A model generated the notes under the pieces. The model searched no databases and had not been told where the DNA came from. It saw only the letters and a list, made by a program, of their open reading frames with translations. From positions 150,001 through 182,000 of the forward strand of contig NZ_CP011034.1 of assembly GCF_001465295.1 (NCBI RefSeq): 32,000 bases of DNA, written 5' to 3'. A program made the position numbers and the translations under genes. Positions 1-10,783 of this stretch are shown here, in pieces. This DNA is from Pseudoalteromonas translucida KMM 520 (GTDB lineage: Bacteria; Pseudomonadota; Gammaproteobacteria; Enterobacterales; Alteromonadaceae). Within the stretch, counting starts at the first letter, position 1. Every line of letters begins with the position of its first letter.

Positions 1-850
1 TCAAAATATTATGTGCAGTACTTAGTAGCTCTAGGCGATGCGCCGATTTCTTATTCGCTTTGTTGAGCCTTTTGTAATAGTCCTCTTTAAAGCGCAAGGT
101 TTTAGTTTGCAGGCGAAATTGCGCAATATCAATTTGTTGATGGCGCATAAAATCCACAGCTACTTGCTTATAAAAACCAAACTTATTTAAGTAAGTAGCG
201 TGAGTGCCGTGGCCCATACCAAATACCCGTAAATGGTTAAGTTGCTTATAGCGCTTGGCATGTAGTCGATCAATACGATTAGTGGGGTCGTAAATAATAT
301 AGCCTTGGGCGTTGCCTAAATCTAAATCGGCATAACTGCCTTCCCAATCATATTGCTGAGCTATATCTGTGCTAGAGCGGTCGTCCCATGGCACTAAGCT
401 TTTGTTTTTAGTGCTAACAGGGTGAAAAAACAATACCTGATCCAGCTGGAGTAATTTTGCAAAAGCACCAACCGCAAAGCCACCACGGCTTAAGCCATAA
501 CCCAATCGACAATTAAACGGCGTAAGCAATGTTGATAATTGCTCGAGAAAGAATATTAAATTTCGATTACGGAACCAGTTACTCTTACCCAAATGCTGAA
601 AAGCGATAACATTTACATTTTGTTTTTGTGCTAGGTGATAACCCCAAGGGGCGAAGTCTGCGTGAAGATCTTGCTCCTGCACATTAGTACCAGCAGGCGA
701 AAAGGTAAATAATAGAGGCTTAGTAATATCAATAAAGTCGTACTTAACATATACATCGCCAAGTAAATCTCCCCCAGACATTGGCAGTTTGGCTTGCTGC
801 TCATCGCCCGAAAGGGTTAACCACTCATCTAACCAATACAGTAACTTCAT
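1..850 (-). CDS. Hypothetical protein, alpha/beta-hydrolase-like; 3' end lies beyond the left window edge
   Basis: Absent from the ORF track because it has no stop in the window. I checked the minus-strand frame codon by codon and it is open for all 283 codons, from the ATG (complement of 848-850) down to position 2. GGAGG (complement of 855-859) sits 4 nt upstream of the ATG. The translation starts MKLLYWLDEWLTLSGDEQQ and contains GYGLSRGG, which resembles a GxSxG nucleophile elbow. The family call is a guess. Confidence 0.7.
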   Translation of the reverse strand, partial: MKLLYWLDEWLTLSGDEQQAKLPMSGGDLLGDVYVKYDFIDITKPLLFTFSPAGTNVQEQDLHADFAPWGYHLAQKQNVNVIAFQHLGKSNWFRNRNLIFFLEQLSTLLTPFNCRLGYGLSRGGFAVGAFAKLLQLDQVLFFHPVSTKNKSLVPWDDRSSTDIAQQYDWEGSYADLDLGNAQGYIIYDPTNRIDRLHAKRYKQLNHLRVFGMGHGTHATYLNKFGFYKQVAVDFMRHQQIDIAQFRLQTKTLRFKEDYYKRLNKANKKSAHRLELLSTAHNIL

Positions 851-1023
851 TTTTCCTCCACAAAAACAAGCGGCGAATTATAGCAAATTCTCATGGATAA
901 GAAAAACCAACATACTTTTGTAGTAGTGTCATAGAGTTATATCTGTTGCACAGTGAATTGCTTTATTTATAAATTTACCGCTGATTTTAAATAACTAGAG
1001 TTCAAGTTAAGTAATAAAAGATT

Positions 1024-1485
1024 TTACTCCTCAGCCATGCAGGTAATTACTTGCCAGTCATTTTGGGTTACGGGCATTATTGATAACCGCCCGCCTTTTT
1101 TAAGCGCTATGTCGGTGATGCGAGGGTTAGCTTTTATTTCTTTTAAGCTAACCAGAGAGTTTAAATGAGATTGATAAGTTACTTCTACCACTACCCAGCG
1201 AGGGTTGTCGCTGGTGGCTTTAGCATCATAATAATCACTACTTAAATCAAACTGGGTTGGATCTGGGTAAGCCGCTTTTGTTACTACAGCAATACCTACT
1301 ACGCCTACGAGCTTACAGCTAGAATGGTAAATCATTACTAGGTCACCTTCTTTTACCTCATCGCGCATAAAGTTACGTGCTTGGTAATTGCGTACCCCTT
1401 CCCAAATTGTAGTGTGATTTTGTGCATTTTTAAGATCGTCAATCGAAAATGCATCGGGTTCAGTTTTAAATAGCCAATACGCCAT
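1024..1485 (-). CDS. EVE (PUA-like, DUF55) domain protein
   Basis: Complete 153-aa ORF. The N-terminus MAYWLFKTEPDAFSIDDL, the WEGVRNYQARNFMRD segment and the size match my recollection of stand-alone EVE-domain proteins. Confidence 0.8.
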   Translation of the reverse strand: MAYWLFKTEPDAFSIDDLKNAQNHTTIWEGVRNYQARNFMRDEVKEGDLVMIYHSSCKLVGVVGIAVVTKAAYPDPTQFDLSSDYYDAKATSDNPRWVVVEVTYQSHLNSLVSLKEIKANPRITDIALKKGGRLSIMPVTQNDWQVITCMAEE

Positions 1486-1561
1486 ATCAGGACTCGTAGA
1501 ATGATTTACATCCTTCTATTGTATAGTATCATTTGGGTATTAGAGAATTGAGGAAGTAATA

Positions 1562-2419
1562 ATGAGCCAAGTATTAGATGATTTATTGTCGTTGTTAACA
1601 CTTGAAGAAATTGAGCAAGGTTTATATCGAGGGCAAAGCCAAGATTTAGGTTTTGGTGCTGTATTTGGCGGCCAAGTAATGGGCCAAGCGCTATCTGCGG
1701 CAAAAGAAACGCTACCAGAGGGGCGTATTGTACATTCACTCCACTCTTACTTTTTACGCCCAGGCGATGCCACTAAGCCTATTGTGTATGATGTAGAAGC
1801 TATTCGCGATGGTAAAAGCTTTAGTACTCGTCGGGTTAGTGCTATTCAGTACGGCAAGCCTATTTTTTACATGACAGCGTCTTTTCAAGGAGCTGAAGAA
1901 GGGCTATCGCATCAGGCGACTATGCCTGACGTCCCTTTACCTGAAGAGCTGCGTTCATCGTTAGAGTTTTATAAAGAAAACGCTGAGCAAATCCCCGCTG
2001 CTATTCGCAATCAATTTATTAGTGAAATGCCAATAGAGATACGTCCTGTGACCTTTCATAACCCATTTAAACCTGAAGCAATGGAGCCTGTTAAGCACAT
2101 TTGGTTTAAAGCTAACGGTGAAATGCCAGACGATCAACGTATTCATAATTACTTATTAGCGTACGCTTCTGATTTTGAATTTTTGCCAACTGCTTTGCAG
2201 CCGCATGGTGTGTCTTTTATGCAACCTAATATGCAAGTTGCCACGATTGACCATGCAATGTGGTTTCATCGACCATTTAGAATGGATGACTGGATTTTAT
2301 ACTCAGTTGATAGCCCAAGTGCAAGCTCTGGTCGAGGATTAGTAAGAGGGCAGTTTTTTGACCGCCAAGGCAACTTAATTGCCTCAACAATGCAAGAAGG
2401 GGTTATGCGTCAGCGCTAA
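1562..2419 (+). CDS. tesB: Acyl-CoA thioesterase II
   Basis: 285 aa, the same size as E. coli TesB. The N-terminal [37 protein letters not shown] is colinear with TesB. GAGGAAG lies just upstream of the ATG. Confidence 0.9.
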   Translation: MSQVLDDLLSLLTLEEIEQGLYRGQSQDLGFGAVFGGQVMGQALSAAKETLPEGRIVHSLHSYFLRPGDATKPIVYDVEAIRDGKSFSTRRVSAIQYGKPIFYMTASFQGAEEGLSHQATMPDVPLPEELRSSLEFYKENAEQIPAAIRNQFISEMPIEIRPVTFHNPFKPEAMEPVKHIWFKANGEMPDDQRIHNYLLAYASDFEFLPTALQPHGVSFMQPNMQVATIDHAMWFHRPFRMDDWILYSVDSPSASSGRGLVRGQFFDRQGNLIASTMQEGVMRQR

Positions 2420-2442
2420 CTTACGCACTAGTAAAAAGGGTA

Positions 2443-2473
2443 GTAGGTGCCATATAAATTATGCGGCACCTAC
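2443..2473. terminator. Hairpin between convergent tesB and plsB; likely bidirectional terminator
   Basis: GTAGGTGCC (2443-2451) pairs with GGCACCTAC (2465-2473), a 9-bp stem with a 13-nt AT loop. An A-run lies upstream (a T-run on the plsB strand) and ATTT lies downstream. Confidence 0.55.
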
Positions 2474-2521
2474 ATTTAAACAGGTAAGTAAGCGGCGTAG
2501 CACTCACTTAAAACTAAGGCT

Positions 2522-4960
2522 TTATTTACACTGACCTTGTACTATATCGCTAATTGACTGCCAAACTCGTGCTGGCAATAATGCTTTAAGATGCATATAA
2601 GTTTCACATAATTGCACGCTGCCTATTAAGCCTGCATCACCATCAGTAATTAAAGACTGTGCGCGTAAATTATCAATAAAGCCGACCAGCACCTTTTTAT
2701 CAAAAAACTCAGGGGTTTTAATCCCATGCAAAGTGCCTAAACGTTGTGCCAGCACTTGGCTTTCTCGCTCTAACTCCGCTTTTTCAATGCCGTTGCTAGT
2801 TTGTATAAAGCCAATCACAATTGCATAACGCTGCAATGTAAAGTTCAGTGCTTTACCTAACATATCCAATTTAGCCAAACAGTCGTTGGTATTGGTTATA
2901 TGAATGTTATCGCCATCAAGTTCTATTAAGTTTTGATCGACAAAATTCGCCAAAATACGCGTAATGTAATCCTCATCTAGCTCTCGTAAATACCATTCTT
3001 TAGCAAACAGCGGATAAAACGCCGCAACTAGCTGCTGACACTTTGAAACTGTTGTGGTTTTTTCTCTAAACAAATGCAGTGCAATTAAACTTGGTACGGC
3101 AAAAAGATGTAAAATATTATTACGATAATAATTAAAGAGTGTTTTTTCTTTATCGTTAATCGCGATAATTTCGCCAAATTCATCACTTATCACATCAAAC
3201 TTATTAAGCTTTAATGCATGCGTTAACAGTTGCTCTGGCGTTTCTTCTGGAGCTGTTACTTTATTACTGTAGCTGGCATCGCGTTGTAAGCGTAAGTAAA
3301 AATCAAGTTGCGCTAAAAGCTTTGGCTTACTCAGTGCGTGCTTGTCGTTTACCAGTAAAATCATCGCCAATAAATTAACTGCATTAAGTGCCGCTGCATT
3401 GTTAATTTTAACCATAACTTGGTCGGCTAGGTTTGCTACTTGTGGGCCTAACCACTGTGGTTTTTGTACATCGGTAGGATGTATGTCGTCACGCCAATTG
3501 GGTTGGTTGTCATTTAAGTATTGGTTTATAGAAATAGGGTCACCAAAGTTTAAATAACCTCGGCCATAGTTTTTAAGGTTTTTAATTGCTTTAAAAATCC
3601 CAAAGATAGACTCACCTTTTTTATCATTTCCAGCGAGTTCTTTAAGGTAAGTGTTAATTTCCATAACGTGCTCGTAACCAATATATACCGGCACAATAGA
3701 AATAGGGCGGTCAATACCACGCAGCATTGCTTGCATGGTCATTGCTAACATACCCGTTTTAGGCGGCAGCAAGCGCCCGGTGCGGCTACGTCCGCCTTCG
3801 GTATAAAATTTAACAGAGTAACCTTTAATAAATAACTGGCTTAAATACTCTTTAAATACCGCAGAGTAGAGCTTATTACCGGCAAATGAACGGCGAATAA
3901 AAAATGCGCCCGAGCGGCGAAAGATCCCGCCTGCCGGAAAAAAGTTAAGGTTAATACCTGCGGCTATATGTGGTGGTACTAAACCTTGATGATAAATAGC
4001 ATAAGTAAGTAGTAAGTAATCCATATGGCTGCGATGGCACGGCATATAAATAATTTCGTGGCCTTTATTGGTTAGCTCATGAATTTGCTCTGTGTATTTT
4101 ATATCTATACCGTTATATAGCTTATTCCACAGCCAAGTTAAAAAACGCTCAGCTACGCGTATCATCGCCTCTGAATAGTTAGCCGCTATTTCATTAAGTA
4201 ACTTAACCGCATTTTGACGTGCTTGCGCTTGGCTAATGTTTTTAGCTTTTGCTTCGTCTTGTATGGCCTTTTTTATTGTTGGAGAGGCTAATAATGAGTT
4301 AAATAGCTGCTCGCGCGATGGCATTTTAGGGCCTGTAGCGGCAAGTTTTTGGCGGCGAAAGTGTACGCGGGCTACTCTTAATAGTTTTTGTGGTAGCTCG
4401 TTAACGTCCGCTTTTTCGTCTACTAAAAGTGATAAGTCGAGTGGTTGGCTAAAGCGGATAAAGTTATCTCGGCCAGAAAACAGCACCACAAATAACTTTC
4501 TAAACCAACTTGGTGTTAATGAGTGTGTTATGAGCGTGCTAAGTCCGGGCTTTTCTTTGCCGGGTGCTCGGCCCCATAAAATAGTAACAGGAATAACCTG
4601 TACATCTTTTTGACCACTACTTAATAAGTGGTCAATAATTTGTTTGCCTTGCGCCAGGGCATTAGTTGGCTTTGCTATATCACCAATTAATGGTGGTGGG
4701 TTTTCAATCCCTATAAAGCGGTCTAAGCGTTCTGTGCCCAATATTTGTTGTTCTCTAGGGTCGGGTAATCCATGGCGTTTACATACCCGAGCAAGCGCCG
4801 CTAAGTCAAAGCGAGAGTTTAGGCGCACAATATAAAAGGTAGGGTTTTTAGAGTTTAATTCATATTGTTCAGTCGGCTTTTCTGGCAGTACCTTACTTCT
4901 TACAAGTAAGCGGCTTACTCCAGCTGATAAAACATTTAAGCAATAATTTACAATACGCAT
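2522..4960 (-). CDS. plsB: Glycerol-3-phosphate 1-O-acyltransferase
   Basis: Colinear with E. coli PlsB over its whole length, including the HX4D motif CHRSHMDYLLL and the FFIRR and EGGRSRTGRLL blocks. The track ORF starts at 4990. I prefer the ATG at 4958-4960 (MRIVNYCLNVL, which aligns with the E. coli N-terminus and has GGTGAG upstream). Either start is possible. Confidence 0.93.
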   Translation of the reverse strand: MRIVNYCLNVLSAGVSRLLVRSKVLPEKPTEQYELNSKNPTFYIVRLNSRFDLAALARVCKRHGLPDPREQQILGTERLDRFIGIENPPPLIGDIAKPTNALAQGKQIIDHLLSSGQKDVQVIPVTILWGRAPGKEKPGLSTLITHSLTPSWFRKLFVVLFSGRDNFIRFSQPLDLSLLVDEKADVNELPQKLLRVARVHFRRQKLAATGPKMPSREQLFNSLLASPTIKKAIQDEAKAKNISQAQARQNAVKLLNEIAANYSEAMIRVAERFLTWLWNKLYNGIDIKYTEQIHELTNKGHEIIYMPCHRSHMDYLLLTYAIYHQGLVPPHIAAGINLNFFPAGGIFRRSGAFFIRRSFAGNKLYSAVFKEYLSQLFIKGYSVKFYTEGGRSRTGRLLPPKTGMLAMTMQAMLRGIDRPISIVPVYIGYEHVMEINTYLKELAGNDKKGESIFGIFKAIKNLKNYGRGYLNFGDPISINQYLNDNQPNWRDDIHPTDVQKPQWLGPQVANLADQVMVKINNAAALNAVNLLAMILLVNDKHALSKPKLLAQLDFYLRLQRDASYSNKVTAPEETPEQLLTHALKLNKFDVISDEFGEIIAINDKEKTLFNYYRNNILHLFAVPSLIALHLFREKTTTVSKCQQLVAAFYPLFAKEWYLRELDEDYITRILANFVDQNLIELDGDNIHITNTNDCLAKLDMLGKALNFTLQRYAIVIGFIQTSNGIEKAELERESQVLAQRLGTLHGIKTPEFFDKKVLVGFIDNLRAQSLITDGDAGLIGSVQLCETYMHLKALLPARVWQSISDIVQGQCK

Positions 4961-5183
4961 CGACTCACCATATAGAGAGTAATTACCCATATAATTTGGG
5001 TATATAAAAGCAAAATTGGCGCATATGATAACATAAGATCTAAAAAAGCCTTTAATTTGCGTTGCCGATTAGTCAGTACATTATGGCTTAATATATATGC
5101 ATTACACCTGATTGTAGCTGCTCTATAATAGGTTGCAGTATATTTGAGCAACCAGCAGGCTGTAATTATTTACTAATTAGCTG

Positions 5184-5211
5184 TTGCATTTATCACCAAT
5201 GTAATTATAAT
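5184..5211 (+). promoter_or_regulatory. Candidate sigma70 promoter of the S10 operon
   Basis: TTGCAT (5184-5189), a 16-nt spacer, then TATAAT (5206-5211). An AT-rich UP-like tract lies immediately upstream. The predicted TSS is about 180 nt before the rpsJ ATG, similar to the length of the E. coli S10 leader. Confidence 0.55.
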
Positions 5212-5218
5212 ACGCAGG

Positions 5219-5362
5219 CTTTCAAAATTCCCAAGGGAACTTGAAAGGATAAATTAAGCTAGGATTTCTAGCTAATAAACAGGAGTTCCGATTTGGAACT
5301 CAACGTAGATATAATCTAACAACCGACATCTTAATATTTAAGATTGTTTCGGTCGTTTTTTT
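5219..5362 (+). promoter_or_regulatory. Structured S10-operon leader with terminal attenuator-like hairpin plus T7
   Basis: Four consecutive hairpins:
- 5219-5247: CTTTCAA/TTGAAAG plus TTCCC/GGGAA.
- 5257-5273: AGCTAG/CTAGCT, loop GATTT.
- 5283-5301: GAGTTCC/GGAACTC, loop GATTT.
- 5322-5353: ACCGA..ATCTTAA/TTAAGAT..TCGGT, followed by TTTTTTT at 5356-5362.
This resembles the L4-responsive attenuator architecture known in E. coli. Confidence 0.5.
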
Positions 5363-5374
5363 ATGCTCTTTTAA

Positions 5375-5710
<336 letters not shown>

Positions 5711-5737
5711 TCGGAAGATTAGAGAGGTTTTAGGAAA

Positions 5738-6373
5738 ATGGCATTAGGTCTAGTCGGTCGTAAAGTGGGTATGACACGAATCTTCACTGAAGATGGTGTA
5801 TCTATCCCTGTGACAGTTATTGAAGCGACACCTAACCGCATTGCTCAGATTAAATCTGAAGCAACAGACGGTTATAACGCGCTTCAAGTAACCGCAGGCA
5901 CTAAAAAAGCAAGTCGTGTAAACAAAGCTTCAGCGGGTCATTTCGCTAAAGCTGGTGTTGAAGCGGGTCGCGGTCTGTGGGAATTCCGCCTAAATGGTGG
6001 TGAAGGCGATTTTGAAGTAGGCGCTGAGCTTACTGTTGAATTATTCAACGAAATCAACAAGGTTGACGTAACCGGTACTTCTAAAGGTAAAGGTTTCCAA
6101 GGTGGTGTTAAGCGCTGGAATTTCAGCATGCAAGACGCTACACATGGTAACTCTCTATCTCACCGTGCTCCTGGTTCAATCGGTCAAAACCAATCACCTG
6201 GTAAGGTGTTTAAAGGTAAGAAAATGGCCGGTCATATGGGTGCTGAGCGTGTAACGACTCAAAACTTAGAACTAGTTCGCGTTGACGCTGAGCGTAATTT
6301 GCTTTTAGTTAAAGGTGCAGTACCTGGCGCTATCGGCGGTGACGTTATCGTTAAACCAGCTGTTAAAGCATAA
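5738..6373 (+). CDS. rplC: 50S ribosomal protein L3
   Basis: [29 protein letters not shown] is the canonical L3 N-terminus. Correct position in the S10 operon. Confidence 0.97.
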
Positions 6374-6390
6374 GTCCTGGAGATTTAGTG

Positions 6391-6996
6391 ATGGAATTAG
6401 CAATTAAAGACGCTTCTGGCGGTCTTGAAGTTTCTGAAGCTACTTTTGGACGTGAGTTTAACGAAGCATTAGTACATCAAGTAGTTGTTGCATACGCAGC
6501 AGGTGCTCGTCAAGGTACTCGTGCTCAGAAGACACGTTCTGAAGTAAGCGGTGGTGGTAAAAAGCCATGGGCTCAAAAAGGTACTGGCCGAGCACGTGCT
6601 GGTACGATTCGTAGCCCAATTTGGCGTTCAGGTGGCGTTAGCTTTGCAGCTAAACCACAGGATCATAGCCAAAAAGTAAACCGTAAAATGTACCGCGGTG
6701 CGATCAAAAGCATCTTATCTGAATTAGTTCGTCAAGAGCGTTTAATCGTTGTTGAAAGTTTTGCTCTAGCAGCACCGAAAACTAAAGAACTAGTTGCTAA
6801 GCTTAAAGAACTTGAGCTTAAAGATGTTCTTATCGTGACTGAAGAAGTAGATGAAAATCTTTTCTTATCGGCACGTAACCTTTATAAGGTTGACACGCGT
6901 GATGTAGCTGGTATCGATCCTGTAAGCTTAATTGCTTTCGACAAGGTACTTATTACAGCCGCTGCTGTTAAGCAACTTGAGGAGGCGCTAGCATGA
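6391..6996 (+). CDS. rplD: 50S ribosomal protein L4
   Basis: MELAIKD...[31 protein letters not shown] matches E. coli L4. The track start at 6388 is a GTG one codon upstream of the ATG. Confidence 0.96.
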
Positions 6997-7295
6997 TTCG
7001 CGAAGAACGTCTTTTAAAAGTGATCGTTGCTCCACATATCTCTGAAAAAAGCACTATTGCTGCTGAAGAAAACAATACTATTGTTTTTAAAGTAGCGAAA
7101 GATTCAACTAAAGCTGAAGTTAAAGCAGCAGTTGAGAAGCTTTTTGAAGTAGAAGTAACGGGTGTTCGCACACTTAACGTTAAGGGTAAAACAAAACGTA
7201 CTGGCGCACGTTTCGGTCGTCGTAACGACTGGAAAAAAGCTTACGTTACTCTTAAAGAAGGTAGCGAGCTAGACTTTGTCGGCGGCGCCGAGTAA
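6993..7295 (+). CDS. rplW: 50S ribosomal protein L23
   Basis: [19 protein letters not shown] matches L23. Its ATGA overlaps the rplD stop. Confidence 0.97.
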
Positions 7296-7310
7296 TAAGG
7301 GGATAGAATT

Positions 7311-8135
7311 ATGGCACTTCAAAAGTGTAAGCCTACTTCTGCGGGCCGTCGTCACTTAGTTAAAGTGGTTAACTCTGATTTACATAAGGGTAAGCCGTAC
7401 GCACCACTATTAGAGAAAAACTCTAAATCAGGTGGTCGTAATAACAATGGTCGTATTACGGTTCGTCATATCGGTGGTGGTCATAAGCAACATTACCGTT
7501 TAATCGATTTTAAACGTACTAAAGATGGCATTCCAGCCACTGTTGAACGTTTAGAATACGATCCAAATCGTAGCGCAAACATCGCTCTTGTATTATATGC
7601 AGACGGTGAGCGTCGTTACATTATCGCACCAAAAGGCTTAAAAGCTGGCGATGCAATCCAGTCTGGTGTTGATGCACCAATCAAACCTGGTAATGCATTA
7701 CCAATGCGTAATATGCCTGTAGGTTCGACTGTTCACAACGTAGAATTAAAACCAGGTAAAGGTGCTCAAATCGCACGTTCTGCTGGTGCATACGTTCAAA
7801 TCCTTGCTCGTGATGGTCAGTATGTAACATTACGTCTTCGTTCAGGCGAAGTTCGTAAAGTTGAAGCTGATTGTCGTGCGACTCTAGGTGAAGTAGGCAA
7901 TGCTGAGCATATGCTTCGTTCACTTGGTAAAGCAGGTGCAAATCGCTGGCGTGGTATCCGTCCGACAGTTCGTGGTGTTGCCATGAACCCGGTAGATCAC
8001 CCACACGGTGGTGGTGAAGGTCGTACATCTGGTGGTCGTCATCCTGTGTCTCCATGGGGTAAGCCGACTAAAGGTGCTAAGACACGTAAGAACAAGCGTA
8101 CTGATAAGTTTATCGTACGTCGTCGTACTAAATAA
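7311..8135 (+). CDS. rplB: 50S ribosomal protein L2
   Basis: 274 aa. [11 protein letters not shown] and [18 protein letters not shown] are L2 signatures. Confidence 0.97.
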
Positions 8136-8142
8136 TAGTTGA

Positions 8143-8430
<288 letters not shown>

Positions 8431-8443
8431 GAGGGGAAGATAA

Positions 8444-8776
8444 ATGCAAGCATTAGCTAAACATAAATTCGCCTCTGGTTCGGCGCAAAAAGCACGTCTA
8501 GTTGCAGATCAGATCCGCGGACTACCGGTTGATCGCGCACTAGAAATCCTGGCGTACAGCCCGAAAAAAGCGGCTGTATTAGTAAAGAAAGTACTTGAGT
8601 CTGCTATTGCTAACGCAGAGCATAACGAAGGTGCTGACATTGATGAGCTTCGTATAACAACGATCTTTGTGGACGATGGTCCTACAATGAAACGTATTAT
8701 GCCACGTGCTAAAGGACGCGCAGACCGCATCCTTAAGCGTACAAGCCATATCACTGTTATGGTTTCAGATAGCTAG
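8444..8776 (+). CDS. rplV: 50S ribosomal protein L22
   Basis: 110 aa. [14 protein letters not shown] and the C-terminal HITVMVSD resemble L22. Correct operon position. Confidence 0.96.
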
Positions 8777-8788
8777 GAGATATAAGTA

Positions 8789-9490
8789 ATGGGACAAAAA
8801 GTTCATCCTACTGGTATTCGCCTAGGTATATCTAAACCTTGGGTTTCTACCTGGTACGCGAGTTCAAAAGATTTCTCTGCACAGCTTTTTGGCGATCACA
8901 AAGTACGTACATTCCTTACAAAGGAATTGAAAACGGCTTCTGTGTCTAAAATCGTTATTGAGCGTCCAGCAAAATCAATCCGCGTAACAATCCACACGGC
9001 TCGTCCGGGTGTTGTTATCGGTAAAAAAGGCGAAGACGTAGAAAAATTACGTCAAGCGGTAACTAAAATCGCTGGTGTACCTGCTCAGATTAATATTTCT
9101 GAAGTACGTAAACCAGAACTAGATGCACAACTAGTAGCAGACGGCATTGCCTCTCAACTAGAACGTCGTGTTATGTTCCGTCGCGCTATGAAGCGTTCGG
9201 TACAAAATGCAATGCGCATCGGTTCTAAAGGGATTAAAGTTGAAGTTAGCGGTCGTCTTGGCGGCGCAGAAATCGCACGTACAGAGTGGTATCGTGAAGG
9301 TCGTGTACCTCTACATACTCTTCGTGCTGATATCGACTACGCAACTTCTGAGGCCTTAACCACTTATGGTATCATTGGTGTTAAAGTTTGGATCTTCAAA
9401 GGCGAAGTTATTGGTGGTTTACCACTAGTACAAGAGCAAGAGAAGCCAGCTAAACGCGCACCAAAGAAAGCCAAAAAAAGTGCTAAGTAG
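8789..9490 (+). CDS. rpsC: 30S ribosomal protein S3
   Basis: [14 protein letters not shown] is the S3 N-terminus. 233 aa, as in E. coli. Confidence 0.97.
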
Positions 9491-9502
9491 AGGTAGCGAG
9501 TA

Positions 9503-9916
9503 ATGTTACAGCCAAAACGTACAAAATTCCGTAAAACGCACAAAGGTCGCAACCGTGGTCTAGCGCAAAACGGTAACAAAGTAAGCTTCGGTACTTTCGG
9601 TTTGAAAGCTACTGGCCGTGGCCGCATGACTGCTCGTCAAATCGAAGCAGCTCGTCGTGCCATGACGCGTCACGTGAAACGTCAAGGTAAAATCTGGATC
9701 CGTGTTTTCCCAGACAAGCCAATCACGAACAAACCGCTTGAAGTTCGTATGGGTAAAGGTAAAGGTTCTGTTGAGTATTGGGTTGCTGAAATTCAGCCTG
9801 GTAAAGTACTTTACGAAATGGAAGGTGTTTCAGAAGAGCTTGCTCGTGAAGCGTTTGACCTTGCTGCTCGTAAATTGCCATTCAAAACAACTTTCGTAAC
9901 TCGGACGGTAATGTGA
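9503..9916 (+). CDS. rplP: 50S ribosomal protein L16
   Basis: [21 protein letters not shown] is the canonical L16 N-terminus. Confidence 0.97.
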
Positions 9917-10107
9917 TGAAAGCTAGCGAACTAAAAGATAAAAGCGTAGAAGAGCTTAATACTGAACTTCTAGGACTTCTTCGTGAGCAATTTAATATGC
10001 GCATGCAAGCAAGCACTGGTCAGTTAGCTCAGACACACACGCTAAGAACAGTACGCCGCGATATCGCGCGTGTAAAAACAGTTATTAACCAGAAGGCAGG
10101 TCAATAA
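9916..10107 (+). CDS. rpmC: 50S ribosomal protein L29
   Basis: [31 protein letters not shown] matches L29. The ATG at 9916 overlaps the rplP TGA. The track's start at 9913 is a GTG one codon upstream. Confidence 0.95.
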
Positions 10108-10364
10108 TGAGCGATAAAATTCGTACTCTTCAAGGCCGTGTAATTAGCGACAAGATGGAAAAATCTTTCACTATTGCTATCGCACGTTATGTGAAGCACC
10201 CAATTTATGGGAAATTCATTCGACGCACGACTAAGCTACACGTACATGACGAAAATAATGAAGTTCAGGCTGGTGACGTAGTTACTATCCGTGAATGTGC
10301 TCCAATTTCTAAGAGTAAATCTTGGACATTCGTAGCAGTTATTGAACGTCCAAAACAAGCTTAA
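10107..10364 (+). CDS. rpsQ: 30S ribosomal protein S17
   Basis: [20 protein letters not shown] matches S17. Its TAATG overlaps the rpmC stop. Confidence 0.97.
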
Positions 10365-10386
10365 TTTTTAATTAAGTCTGTTTTAT

Positions 10387-10426
10387 AAAAAGCCCCTGCA
10401 TTTATTTGCTGGGGCTTTTTGTTTTT
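10387..10426 (+). terminator. Intrinsic terminator ending the S10 operon
   Basis: AAAAGCCCCTGCA..TGCTGGGGCTTTTT: AGCCCC (10391-10396) pairs with GGGGCT (10411-10416), followed by TTTTTGTTTTT. It lies 23 nt after the rpsQ stop. Confidence 0.85.
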
Positions 10427-10783
10427 GCAAAGCTGCGAGTTTGAGCTGTATGCGATCAGCAACTCGGAGTTAATTTAACGCTCTTTTATGGTTGTGGTAT
10501 TTATATATCAACAATATTTATCTACTCATTAAAGCTCAGGTACAAAATCCCCCTTTTATCCTTCGAAAATCCGTTTCTTAATCTGTTTTTAACTATATTT
10601 ACTAAAGTTAATAACTAAATAGAATATCAAAGTTGATTCTGTTCTTTTTTTAACTCTGCATTGCCCGCTATCCTACAAGCTCAGTAAACCTCAACAGATT
10701 CTCTCTGGGTGAGGTAAAACTCATTTTGAACGACGTATAACAGTACGTTGTGTTTAACTTTTAGGGTTACGGGGAATTGATTC

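Noticed and set aside
1506-1739. 77-aa minus-strand ORF overlapping the tesB 5' end.
   Set aside because: It is antisense to the well-supported tesB and spans the divergent promoter region. No support.
4948-5151. 67-aa minus-strand ORF upstream of and overlapping the plsB start.
   Set aside because: It overlaps the plsB 5' end and promoter region, and has no SD and no motif. Likely spurious.
10427-10783. The 360-nt cysJ upstream spacer, examined for a riboswitch, leader peptide or sRNA. Features noted were a short ACCTCA/TGAGGT hairpin at 10688-10715, AAAATCC direct repeats, and a hairpin just after the rpsQ terminator.
   Set aside because: The stems are only 6 bp. There is no conserved-looking motif and no SD-led small ORF. 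The region is most simply an AT-rich CysB-type promoter region.
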